A DNA stretch of 64,000 nt. It comes from an uncultured Caulobacterales bacterium. GTDB taxonomy: Bacteria; Pseudomonadota; Alphaproteobacteria; Caulobacterales; Maricaulaceae. Below the pieces are notes generated by a model. That model saw nothing but the letters and a program-made list of their open reading frames with translations, was not told the origin of the DNA and did no database searches. Positions 46,760 to 55,397 of this stretch are shown one piece after another; position 1 is the stretch's first letter; every line of letters starts with the position of its first letter. Both the position numbers and the translations under genes were made by a program. The DNA is taken from NCBI GenBank assembly GCA_964636945.1, contig CAZWVH010000005.1, positions 770 through 64,769 on the forward strand. Reading direction: 5' to 3'.

Positions 46760-48640
46760 ATGGCAAAGAGCAATGGGGTGGGAATGACGCCTGATCGTCC
46801 AATTCTGGAGTTTGGCGGCTACGCGCTAGACCCGGCGCAGCGTTGCCTGAAAGATTCCGCCGGCTCACAAATCCTGGTGAAGCCGCGGGTGTTCGACACC
46901 TTGGCCTATTTGGCCGGTCGCGCGGGCGAAGTGGTGAGCAAGCACGAAATCATCGAGGCGGTTTGGCCAGGCGTTGTGGTTGAGGAAAACAACCTCAATC
47001 AAGCCATATCCGCTGCGCGCCGGGCGCTGGGCGATCAAGATTCCCCGCGGCGCTTCATCGTCACTGTTCCGGGGCGGGGCTATCAGTTTATCGCACCGGT
47101 CTCACGCGAGACGCCAGGGGCGGAAAAGAAGCCGTTGCTCGAAGCCCAAGCCACAAAAGCGCAAGGCAGCCCAGAGGCGACCGATTCGTCCAATTCACCG
47201 CCAGCCACGGCGGTGCTGCCCTTCGCCAATATCAGCCTGGATCACGATCAGGATTATTTCGCCGACGGCATCACGGAGGAAATCCGCAATCGCCTCGCGC
47301 AGATCGAAGGCTTGCGCGTTGTCGGGCGCACCTCGTCCTATGCCTTTAAAAACCGCAATGAGAGCGTCAGCGTCATCCGCGAAGCCTTGGGCGTCGGTCA
47401 TGTCCTTGGCGGCAGCGTACGCAAGCATAATGCGCGACTACGCATCGCGGCCGAATTGGTCAACGCCGAAGATGGATATGAAATTTGGTCTGAAGTCTTT
47501 GATCGCGAACTGGACGATATCTTCGCAGTCCAAGACGAGATCGCCATGGCTGTGGCTGAGGCGTTGAGCCTGAAGCTGGGACTGAAACAACACAAGACTG
47601 CGTATCGCGGCACCGACAGCTTCACCGCTTATGACCATTATCTGCGCGGATTGGCGCTCTATGCTCAGGGCGGAACAGAGCGCTATCGCGCGGCCCTGGC
47701 CGAACACCAAAAGGCGATCGAGGCCGATCCCAATTTCGGCCTGGCTTGGGCTTCGATTGCTAATGTGGCGGTGTTGATGACGGTGTTTGAGCCCGAACAC
47801 GCTGAAAAATACTGCGCCATGCAAGCTCACGCCGTGGAGCGCTCATTGGCTGTGGCGCCGGATCGCTGGGAGGTTCAGGCGCAGCATGCTTGGGCGCGGA
47901 TTGCCCAACGGGACTGGCTGGGCGCGGAAAAAGCCTTAGGGCGCGCCGCCCGGCTGGGGCCCACCTCGCCGCCGCATTGGGCCGACGCCTATGGCACATT
48001 TTTGGTTCAAGTGGGGCGCGCCAAAGAGGCCGTGCCGGTGTTCGAGGCCGCGCGCGCCAGCGACCCGCTGTCACTCCATGTGGCCGGCTTGTCCGCCTGG
48101 TCGCACGATTTGGCCGGCAACGCCCAAGCTGCTCTGGCTGAAAACGCGCGCGCCGAGGGCCTGGTGGGCGATCGCACCATTTGGGCGTTTCAGCATTTGC
48201 TGCGGCTATTGGCCCAAGGCGATCGCGATCCGATCATCGCCCACTTTGAGAATTACCCCGACACCACCGACGATTCCGATGATTTCGTGCGCGCACTCTC
48301 GCAGGTCTGGGAAGATCGTGAGGCGGCGTTAGATCTCATCCGGCGCATTGGCGATGATCCCGGCCATGCGGGGCCCCACCGCTTAAGCCCCTACGCCTCA
48401 TTGGCGGCCTACTACAAAGACGACGAGCTGGCGTTGCATTTCCTGCGCGAGGATTTCAGTGCGCGCGGCGCCTTCTTCACCATCTCTATTTGGCATCCGC
48501 TGCTGGCGGATGTGCGCAAGACCGACGGCTTCCGCGAGATCGCTCATGATCTGGGGCTGGTCAATTACTGGCGTCAAACCGGCAAATGGGGCGATTTCTG
48601 CAAACCAGACGCCAAGGGCGAGCCGGTGTTTGGCAAATAG
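46760..48640 (+). CDS. Winged-helix (OmpR/CadC-type DNA-binding domain) regulator with TolB-N-like and TPR regions, no TM segment
   Basis: N-terminus ILEFGGYALDPAQRCL...LVKPRVFDTLAYLAGRAGEVVSKHEIIEAVWPGVVVEENNLNQAISAARRAL (trans_reg_C). Then AVLPFANISLDHDQDYFADGITEEI (TolB-like), then TPR-like helices. The start may be 46784. Confidence 0.75.
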   Translation: MAKSNGVGMTPDRPILEFGGYALDPAQRCLKDSAGSQILVKPRVFDTLAYLAGRAGEVVSKHEIIEAVWPGVVVEENNLNQAISAARRALGDQDSPRRFIVTVPGRGYQFIAPVSRETPGAEKKPLLEAQATKAQGSPEATDSSNSPPATAVLPFANISLDHDQDYFADGITEEIRNRLAQIEGLRVVGRTSSYAFKNRNESVSVIREALGVGHVLGGSVRKHNARLRIAAELVNAEDGYEIWSEVFDRELDDIFAVQDEIAMAVAEALSLKLGLKQHKTAYRGTDSFTAYDHYLRGLALYAQGGTERYRAALAEHQKAIEADPNFGLAWASIANVAVLMTVFEPEHAEKYCAMQAHAVERSLAVAPDRWEVQAQHAWARIAQRDWLGAEKALGRAARLGPTSPPHWADAYGTFLVQVGRAKEAVPVFEAARASDPLSLHVAGLSAWSHDLAGNAQAALAENARAEGLVGDRTIWAFQHLLRLLAQGDRDPIIAHFENYPDTTDDSDDFVRALSQVWEDREAALDLIRRIGDDPGHAGPHRLSPYASLAAYYKDDELALHFLREDFSARGAFFTISIWHPLLADVRKTDGFREIAHDLGLVNYWRQTGKWGDFCKPDAKGEPVFGK

Positions 48641-48685
48641 GGACATTGGGGCGCGCTTCGTCCTTTGCGGTGTGAACTCACACAA

Positions 48686-48702
48686 GGCATGCGCCTGCGC
48701 CT
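48686..48702 (+). repeat. 17-nt direct repeat, left copy (GGCATGCGCCTGCGCCT)
   Basis: Exact copy at 49753..49769. The two copies bracket the EF-G-like ORF. Confidence 0.6.
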
Positions 48703-48843
48703 TGGCCGCCGCTGGCGGAGAATTTGAGCATGGGCCGGGTGTCGCCGTTCACGAAAGAATTGGTTCTTATAAACGCACTCGTCCCGCGTTTCGCGTATGC
48801 TCGGTAGGTCTGGGTTGAGCTATACGCGTTCGAGGAGGCTAGG

Positions 48844-49779
48844 GTGTTAGGCAATGCACTTAACTGCGTGGTCGAAATCGCGTTGGAGCCCAAGTCAAAA
48901 GCCGACCAAGCAAAGCTCAGAATGGCCTTGGCGTGCTTGGCGGATGAGGACCCATCCTTCAAGGCGACTACAGACGCGCGGTCGGGCCAGACCATCATTG
49001 CGGGCCTGGGCGAGTTGCACCTGGAAATCCTCGTGGATCGCCTCGAACGTGAGTTTGAAATCGACGCCAATATTGGTAAGCCGCAGATAGTCTACCGAGA
49101 AACGCTTGGCCAGGCCGCCGAAGTAGACTACACCCATAGGCGTAAGCAAGGCAGTGCAGTCGAGTTTGCGCGAGTCAAACTTTTGTTTGAACCAATTGAA
49201 CCGGGCAGGGGCTTTGTCTTTGAAAGCAAGATGAAAGACGGATCAGCGCCGCACGACTACATTCGCGGTGCGGAGCAGGGCGTCAAGAGCGTCGCTGAAG
49301 CGGGCATTATCCGCGGTTTCCCCGTGATCGACTTTAAGGCCGCCTTGCTGGAGTGCGATCATCACGAAGCGGACTCCAGCGCATTGGCGGTTGAAATCGC
49401 TGCGCGCACCGCGTTTCGGCAGGCGGCCAAATCAGCCAACATGCAGCTGCTTGAACCGATAATGAGCGTGGAGGTCGTGACACCAACGCCCCATGCTGAA
49501 GCCATCATTAAAGATTTGGAAAAGCGACGAGGCAGAATCTGGTCGACAATCACCGATGGGGAAGTGAGCAAACTGGTCGGTCAAGCGCCGATGCCTGGTT
49601 TGCTCGGCGTGACCCAAGCGTGGCGCAAAAACTTGCCCGTTCGAGTGTCAACGCACTTTTCATTCAGCCATTATGCGCCAGCGCCGCCGCCGGAGCCATC
49701 GCCGGCGCCACCGGACGGCTCTGATCCCGACGACACGTTTCCGCCGGCGATTGGCATGCGCCTGCGCCTGCGCGCCTAA
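48844..49779 (+). CDS. EF-G-like protein comprising only domains III-V (no GTPase domain or domain II); possible gene remnant or neofunctionalised fragment
   Basis: GTG start 5 nt after GAGGAGG. It aligns by eye to EF-G from the domain II/III boundary onward: [22 protein letters not shown]...[40 protein letters not shown]...[13 protein letters not shown]...F.HY. There is an in-frame stop 39 nt upstream of the start. Confidence 0.7.
   Translation: MLGNALNCVVEIALEPKSKADQAKLRMALACLADEDPSFKATTDARSGQTIIAGLGELHLEILVDRLEREFEIDANIGKPQIVYRETLGQAAEVDYTHRRKQGSAVEFARVKLLFEPIEPGRGFVFESKMKDGSAPHDYIRGAEQGVKSVAEAGIIRGFPVIDFKAALLECDHHEADSSALAVEIAARTAFRQAAKSANMQLLEPIMSVEVVTPTPHAEAIIKDLEKRRGRIWSTITDGEVSKLVGQAPMPGLLGVTQAWRKNLPVRVSTHFSFSHYAPAPPPEPSPAPPDGSDPDDTFPPAIGMRLRLRA
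49753..49769 (+). repeat. 17-nt direct repeat, right copy (GGCATGCGCCTGCGCCT)
   Basis: Exact copy of 48686..48702. Lies in the last codons of the EF-G-like ORF. Confidence 0.6.
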
Positions 49780-51002
49780 AGCGCCTCAAACAGCCCGGCC
49801 GCGCCTTGGCCGCCGCCCACACACATGGTGACCACGCCGCGCTTGGCGCCGCGCCGCTTCATCTCCATCAGGATATGGCCGGTGCAGCGCGCGCCGGTCA
49901 TGCCAAATGGGTGGCCAATGGAGATCGAACCGCCATTCACATTGTAGATTTCATTGTCGATGCCCAATGTGTCGCGGCAGTATAGGCACTGACTGGCGAA
50001 GGCTTCGTTCAGTTCCCACAAGTCTATATCGCTGACTTTCAGGTTGTGGCGTTCGAGCAGACGCGGCACGGCCTTGACCGGGCCAATGCCCATCTCGTCG
50101 GCCTGGACGGCGGCGGAGACGAAGCCCACAAACCGGCCCAACGGTTCTAGCCCGCGCCGTTCAGCCTCTTTTTCCTCCATCACGACCATGGCGGCCGCGC
50201 CGTCAGCCAATTGCGAGGCGTTGCCGGCGGTGATGAATTGGCCTTCCTTGACCTTCTGGCCGTTGGCGAAGACCGGCTTGAGGCCTTGCAGCGCCTCTAA
50301 CGTGGTTTCGGGGCGGTTGCACTCATCGCGCTCCACCGTATACGGAACATCTTCACTTTGCCCCGTGGCCTTGTCGAATTTGCGCCATGTGGTCTGCATG
50401 GGGACGATCTCGTCATTGAATTTGCCCGCTTGCTGCGCGGCGGCGGTGCGTTGTTGGGAGATCAGCGCATATTCGTCCTGCACCTCGCGCGAGACGCCAT
50501 AGCGCTCGGCCACGATCTCGGCGGTCTCGATCATGGTCATCCACAGCGCAGCGTGTTTGGCATAAAGGTCGGGCTCGACGAAATGGTGCATGTTCAACGC
50601 CGGCTGGCCGTCATCCTTCACGCCGCGCTCCACCAGCGAAATGCTCTCCACGCCGCCGGCGGCCATGACGTCTGCGCCTCCCATGGCCACATGGTAGGCG
50701 GCGTTGGCCACCGCGTTGAGCCCTGAGGCGCAATAGCGGGTGAGCGTCACACCTGTGGTGGCGTCTTCCGGGCAGCCGGCCTTCACCGCGGCGTTGCGCG
50801 CCAGATTGTGGCCCGTGGCGCCTTCAGGATAGCCGCAGCCCAGGACGAAATCTTCGACATCCGCGGTATCGACCTTGGCGCGCTGCATGGCGTGTTTAAG
50901 CGCATGGGCGGTCATGGTGGCGCCGTGGGTGATGTTGAAGCCCCCGCGCAGCGATTTGGCGAGCCCGGTGCGGGCGTAAGAGACGATGACGGCGTGGCGC
51001 AT
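49776..51002 (-). CDS. Acetyl-CoA C-acyl/acetyltransferase (thiolase)
   Basis: 408 aa. Active-site regions [10 protein letters not shown] (Cys), ...[14 protein letters not shown]..., ...[17 protein letters not shown]..., CVGGGQGAA. Confidence 0.9.
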   Translation of the reverse strand: MRHAVIVSYARTGLAKSLRGGFNITHGATMTAHALKHAMQRAKVDTADVEDFVLGCGYPEGATGHNLARNAAVKAGCPEDATTGVTLTRYCASGLNAVANAAYHVAMGGADVMAAGGVESISLVERGVKDDGQPALNMHHFVEPDLYAKHAALWMTMIETAEIVAERYGVSREVQDEYALISQQRTAAAQQAGKFNDEIVPMQTTWRKFDKATGQSEDVPYTVERDECNRPETTLEALQGLKPVFANGQKVKEGQFITAGNASQLADGAAAMVVMEEKEAERRGLEPLGRFVGFVSAAVQADEMGIGPVKAVPRLLERHNLKVSDIDLWELNEAFASQCLYCRDTLGIDNEIYNVNGGSISIGHPFGMTGARCTGHILMEMKRRGAKRGVVTMCVGGGQGAAGLFEAL

Positions 51003-51096
51003 GACGGGCTCCCTGGAAGGCGGTATTGTGGGAGCGATTGTGCACAGTTCGGCTAGGCGCGAAAGGGCAAAGCGGGCTGAATCAGAAAATGGGCAA

Positions 51097-51128
51097 GCCC
51101 GCTGCGCAGGAGGGGCGGCGCAGCGGGC
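51097..51128 (-). terminator. Perfect 11-bp hairpin downstream of the DM13 gene
   Basis: GCCCGCTGCGC - 10-nt loop - GCGCAGCGGGC. On the minus strand it is followed by TTGCCCATTTTCTGATT. Confidence 0.55.
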
Positions 51129-51163
51129 AGGTCATTCGGCAAAGCGTGGGATCGTTAAACCAA

Positions 51164-51613
51164 CTAGAGATCAGCGCCGCCGAACAACACGGAAAATTCT
51201 TCACAATGCACCAGAACCGATTGGAAGGCTGACAAATCGACGTCAGCAGGGATCACCAACTCGGCCGCGCCGCGCCGCGAATCCAACTGACCCAGCAAAA
51301 TCGAACCTTGGGTGGCGTTGTCGCCGCTGGCGTCAGCGAAAGGCAGGGGGGACAGGAAGATTTTGATGTCAGGCCCGCGCCCGGTGCTGAAATTATCGGC
51401 CAAGCGCAGCACGCGGCCATCTGCGGTTTCCACGATCTCAAAGGCGCCCGAAGTGTTTTTGCGTTTGCGTTCAAACTCACCGCTCGCGAGCACATCGCCC
51501 GGTTCGGCGGCAGCAGGGCGAGGTAGGGCGGTGGCGGCCAGCATGAGGGCAAGCAGCAACGTGGCGAGGGCGGTGAGCATTCCGCCGCGGCGGACTGAAA
51601 GAGCATTGGTCAT
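51164..51613 (-). CDS. Secreted DM13-domain protein
   Basis: Start at the internal ATG 51613 after AGGAG. Signal MTNALSVRRGGMLTALATLLLALMLAATALPRPAAA. DM13-like body ...SGAFEIVETADGRVLRLADNFSTGRGPDIKIFLS...SVLVHCEEFSVLFG. Confidence 0.7.
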   Translation of the reverse strand: MTNALSVRRGGMLTALATLLLALMLAATALPRPAAAEPGDVLASGEFERKRKNTSGAFEIVETADGRVLRLADNFSTGRGPDIKIFLSPLPFADASGDNATQGSILLGQLDSRRGAAELVIPADVDLSAFQSVLVHCEEFSVLFGGADL

Positions 51614-51708
51614 GGTGAATCTCCTATCCGTTGGCCAGTCATTGTGGCCAGTCATTGGCCGCGCTCCGCATATGCGCACTCGCGCTTTCACTTGCGAATA
51701 AAACGTGA

Positions 51709-52647
51709 TCACAGATTGCTGCGCGTCTGTGATGCGTGATCGGCCCGTGACGTGTTGTGATCGAGAAATGGGAAAAGATTGGCCGAGAGCGCTTCACTGA
51801 TCTGCGCGCTTGGCGCTTTGGCGCGGCGCGCTTGCAGGTCGAAAAACACTCCGACGGCGACAAAATGGGCCAGTACGTCTTCGGTCACAGGATCAAAAAA
51901 ATGGTGAACCACATGGGCCGTCTTTCCATTCAGGCGGGCAAATCCCGTCTTGGCTTCAATGGGTTGGCCGGTTTGGATCGGCTGCAGCAGTCGCAGCTGC
52001 GACTCCACCATTGCGATATTCATGCGCGCCTCAGCCAGCTGCGTCTTCGCCGGTTCGAGCACATGCTGAAAGCCATCCGACGCCCTGCCATAATACGTGG
52101 CCGGCGAAGCAAAACCATTGAGCGCCACCTCGCCCGGGCCAAGAACGCCAAGGCTGATGGTCGGCACGCTGAGTTCCACCAGGCGCGCGCGGGACGTGAT
52201 CGGAAATTCGCCATCGATCCCCTTGGGCGCATAGTCGGGCGGCGCGGTGATCATCATGCTGTCCAGATTGTTTCGTAATCGCGATGACCAGCGGAAAGGC
52301 GCTCCATCGGAGGTGGCGTAGTGCTCGCATTCAAATACGATCGCGGCTGCGGGTTTGCCGCTCAATCCATGGCGCATCAGCATAAATGCGGTGAGGGTTT
52401 TATCGCCGATCGCGCTCACCCCGCCGCGGAGAGTCAATGCATCGCCAGGGCGCGCTTCGGCCAGGAAATGGACGTGAGCGGCGGTGACCCGGATCGCACT
52501 GGGCGGAGCCTTGATGAGCCGTTGACCGGCGCGGGCGAACAGAAGATCAAGCGCTTCTCGCGCTTTGGCCAAATAGGCGCGAACATTGAGATGGCCGAGC
52601 TCGTCGCACTCCCAGGCGTTCGCGTTTCCCCGCCACAAATCCCACAT
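51709..52647 (-). CDS. Double hot-dog fold thioesterase-family protein
   Basis: 312 aa. N-terminal W.CDELGHLNVRAYL resembles the 4HBT/YbgC catalytic region, and a second hot-dog-like half follows. Confidence 0.5.
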   Translation of the reverse strand: MWDLWRGNANAWECDELGHLNVRAYLAKAREALDLLFARAGQRLIKAPPSAIRVTAAHVHFLAEARPGDALTLRGGVSAIGDKTLTAFMLMRHGLSGKPAAAIVFECEHYATSDGAPFRWSSRLRNNLDSMMITAPPDYAPKGIDGEFPITSRARLVELSVPTISLGVLGPGEVALNGFASPATYYGRASDGFQHVLEPAKTQLAEARMNIAMVESQLRLLQPIQTGQPIEAKTGFARLNGKTAHVVHHFFDPVTEDVLAHFVAVGVFFDLQARRAKAPSAQISEALSANLFPFLDHNTSRADHASQTRSNL

Positions 52648-52672
52648 CTCCCGCCCCCGTCATGGTCTATGG

Positions 52673-53119
52673 CTATGACTGTGATTGGGCGGCGCAGTCC
52701 GCGCAAACGCCATAGTGTTCATGCACCGATTGGTGAATCACAAAGCCTGGTGGCGGGTCACAGCTTGCGGCATGAGGCATGGCGTGTTCCTGCGCCGAAC
52801 CGCACTCGTCGCAAATGTACAGGCTGGTAATGTGGTGGCCGCCGCCGCGATTGCATAAAACATACGCGTTGATGCCGGCGACTTTGTGCACAAGGCCCAC
52901 GGACTCAAAGAATTCTAGAGCCCGATAGGCGGTCGCGGGCTTTGCCGGTTCGTCTCTGCTCCCAAGTACGGGCAGCAGGTCGTAGGCCTTTACCGGCTTT
53001 GCGGCTTGAGCCATCGCCTTGAGCGCTTTACGGCGCAGATCAGTTAGGCGCACGCCGCGGGCGGCGCAAAGGATTTCCGCGTGGGCCAGAATGTCGTCGG
53101 GTTCGTCAACAGTTGTCAT
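52673..53119 (-). CDS. zur: Fur-family zinc uptake regulator
   Basis: 148 aa. A winged helix (AYDLL...ATAYRALEFFESVGLVHKV) plus two CxxC pairs (CDEC, CADC). Divergent from a His/Glu-rich TBDR, with a palindromic box between them. Confidence 0.75.
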   Translation of the reverse strand: MTTVDEPDDILAHAEILCAARGVRLTDLRRKALKAMAQAAKPVKAYDLLPVLGSRDEPAKPATAYRALEFFESVGLVHKVAGINAYVLCNRGGGHHITSLYICDECGSAQEHAMPHAASCDPPPGFVIHQSVHEHYGVCADCAAQSQS

Positions 53120-53170
53120 GTCGTAAAGTTTAGAGCGCCTTGGGCTTGATCACCAGTCCTGACGTCCCTA

Positions 53171-53187
53171 ATGTGATGTTATCACAT
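53171..53187. promoter_or_regulatory. Candidate Zur box (7-3-7 inverted repeat)
   Basis: ATGTGAT-GTT-ATCACAT, within TAATGTGATGTTATCACATATC. 22 nt upstream of the TBDR start, in the zur-TBDR divergent region. Confidence 0.6.
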
Positions 53188-53208
53188 ATCGGACGGTAGG
53201 GGATACCA

Positions 53209-55257
53209 ATGCGAATTCGGATTATGGCCACGGCAAGCGTCGTGGCTCTTTGCGCCAATGGCGCTTGGGCTCAAGATGAGGAAACTGAAGACCAAATCGT
53301 GGTGAGCGGCACGGCCGTGGAGACACTCAGCAGCGAAGCATTGCAACCGGCTGAAGTGTTCACCATCGAAGCCTTACAGGACGATTTCGCCGGGGGAATC
53401 GGCGACACCTTGGCAAAAGCGCCGGGGATTAGCTCGACCTATTTTGGGCCCGCCGCAAGCCGACCGATCATTCGCGGGTTGGGCGGTGACCGGATCAGAG
53501 TGCTGCGCAATGGTGTGGGCTTGGTGGACGCCTCCACAGTCAGTGTTGACCACGCGGTCACAGCAGATGTGCTGGAAGCCAAGCGGATCGAAGTGTTGCG
53601 CGGTCCGGCCGCCATCGCCTATGGCGGCAACGCCGTGGGCGGCGTGGTGAACGTGATCGACGCGGCCATCGCTTCTGAGCCGGTGGACGGTCTCATTGAT
53701 GGCGCATTTCGGGCGGGTGTGACTTCAGTCGATGAGGGCTATCAAGTGGGCGCCCGCGGCCAGATGAATGCGGGTCCGTTTGTGTTGTCGCTGGAGGCTT
53801 CTCGCCGCGACGCGGAGAGCTTCGATATTCCTGGCTTTGCCGAATCCGACGCGCTGATCGCGCTGGAGGAACTCGAAGAAGAAGGCGAAGAGCACGGCGA
53901 GGAGGAGGAAGTCTCCGGAACCGTGATCAATTCCGATTACACGTTTGAGACCCTCGGTGGCGGCGTTTCACTTGTGGGAGACTGGGGTTTTGCTGGCGTT
54001 TCTCTGAAAATCTTCGACGCAGAATATGGCCTGCCTGGCGGTCATGAGCACGAGGAAGAGGGCGGGGAAGAAGAGGGCCCCGAGCTTTTCGCTGGTCCGC
54101 GCCTGGACATGAACCAAGTGCGCTGGGACAGCCGCGGCGAGTTTGCGTTCAACTTATCAGGCTTCGACGCGATTACGTATTCAGCGGGTTACTCGACGTA
54201 TGAACACGAGGAAATCGAGCCCAATGGCGAGGTCGCCACAGAATTTGAGAACGAGGGCTGGGAGGCGCGCGCCGCGCTCGTACGCCGCGGGGACAAGGCG
54301 TTGACTGGAACAGTTGGCGTCCAAGCGTTGCGTTCCGATTTCTCGGCAACGGGAGAGGAAGCCTTCGTCCAACCCGTGGTTACTGAGGACTACGGCATTT
54401 TTGGCGCCGGGCGCTATGACCTGGGCGGTTTCGGATTTGAGGCCGGCGGGCGTTTTGAAACGCGCTCATTGGAGCCATCTGTGGGCGAGGACGCGGATTT
54501 CGATTTGTTCAGCGCGTCAGTCGGCGGGTTTGTTAGGCCGATGGACGACGTGTTTCTCAGCGCCAATCTCTCGCGCAGCGAACGCGCGCCAGTGGATGTC
54601 GAACTCTACTCTGACGGACCGCACCTCGCCACCAATGCGTTCGAAATCGGTGATCCGACCTTGGACAAGGAAACGGCCTGGGGTCTTGATTTTGCCGGAC
54701 GCTACGACGCAGGCCGGTTCTCGGTTGACGCGGGTGTCTTCGCCACGTCGTTCGAAGATTTCATCTTCCTTGCCGCCACAGGCGGAGAAGAAGACGGATT
54801 GCCAGTTTTCGAGTACCGTCAAGACGACGCCATGTTCTATGGCGCTGAAATTGCGGTAGATACAGTGTTGGCAGAGACGTCCGTTGGCGATTTTGGTGGC
54901 GATGTTTCACTGGAATATGTTCGCGCCGAAACTGACGACGCTGGTGACTTGCCGCGAATTCCCCCGCTGTCCGCAACGTTTGGCTTGGACTATGACTATA
55001 ATTGGTTGTCCGCGCGAGGCGAAGTGATCTACACGGCCGAACAGGACGATGTCGCCGAGTTCGAGCTTCCCACCGACAGCTACACTCTGGTGAATCTCTC
55101 CACCACGTTTCGACCGTTCGCTGACCAAGACGTGCGTTTGATCTTTGGTGTGGATAATGTGACCGACGAGGAGGCGCGGCTTCACACGTCTTTCTTGAAG
55201 GATCAGGTTCCGCTGCCAGGTCGAAATTACAAATTCACCATCGCCAGCACGTTTTAA
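53209..55257 (+). CDS. TonB-dependent receptor, ZnuD-like (acidic/His-rich surface loops)
   Basis: 682 aa. Signal ...ANGAWA-QDE. Plug motifs (RGLGGDRIRVLRNG, IEVLRGPAAIAYG). Loops EELEEEGEEHGEEEEV and GGHEHEEEGGEEEG. Terminal ...KFTIASTF. Confidence 0.85.
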   Translation: MRIRIMATASVVALCANGAWAQDEETEDQIVVSGTAVETLSSEALQPAEVFTIEALQDDFAGGIGDTLAKAPGISSTYFGPAASRPIIRGLGGDRIRVLRNGVGLVDASTVSVDHAVTADVLEAKRIEVLRGPAAIAYGGNAVGGVVNVIDAAIASEPVDGLIDGAFRAGVTSVDEGYQVGARGQMNAGPFVLSLEASRRDAESFDIPGFAESDALIALEELEEEGEEHGEEEEVSGTVINSDYTFETLGGGVSLVGDWGFAGVSLKIFDAEYGLPGGHEHEEEGGEEEGPELFAGPRLDMNQVRWDSRGEFAFNLSGFDAITYSAGYSTYEHEEIEPNGEVATEFENEGWEARAALVRRGDKALTGTVGVQALRSDFSATGEEAFVQPVVTEDYGIFGAGRYDLGGFGFEAGGRFETRSLEPSVGEDADFDLFSASVGGFVRPMDDVFLSANLSRSERAPVDVELYSDGPHLATNAFEIGDPTLDKETAWGLDFAGRYDAGRFSVDAGVFATSFEDFIFLAATGGEEDGLPVFEYRQDDAMFYGAEIAVDTVLAETSVGDFGGDVSLEYVRAETDDAGDLPRIPPLSATFGLDYDYNWLSARGEVIYTAEQDDVAEFELPTDSYTLVNLSTTFRPFADQDVRLIFGVDNVTDEEARLHTSFLKDQVPLPGRNYKFTIASTF

Positions 55258-55275
55258 AATTGACTTCAATCTGGG

Positions 55276-55309
55276 CACAGACCTGCGACCAAAAAATCGC
55301 AGGTCTGTG
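55276..55309 (+). terminator. Perfect 13-bp hairpin after the ZnuD-like receptor
   Basis: CACAGACCTGCGA-CCAAAAAA-TCGCAGGTCTGTG, 19 nt after the stop. The trailing T-tract is weak. Confidence 0.55.
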
Positions 55310-55397
55310 ATCAATTACAGCGAATGCTGGGATATGCATTGGCTCGCGAGCGTGTGGGGGCTATCACGCTGACCAAAGATTTCCAATGGAGGCAAAA

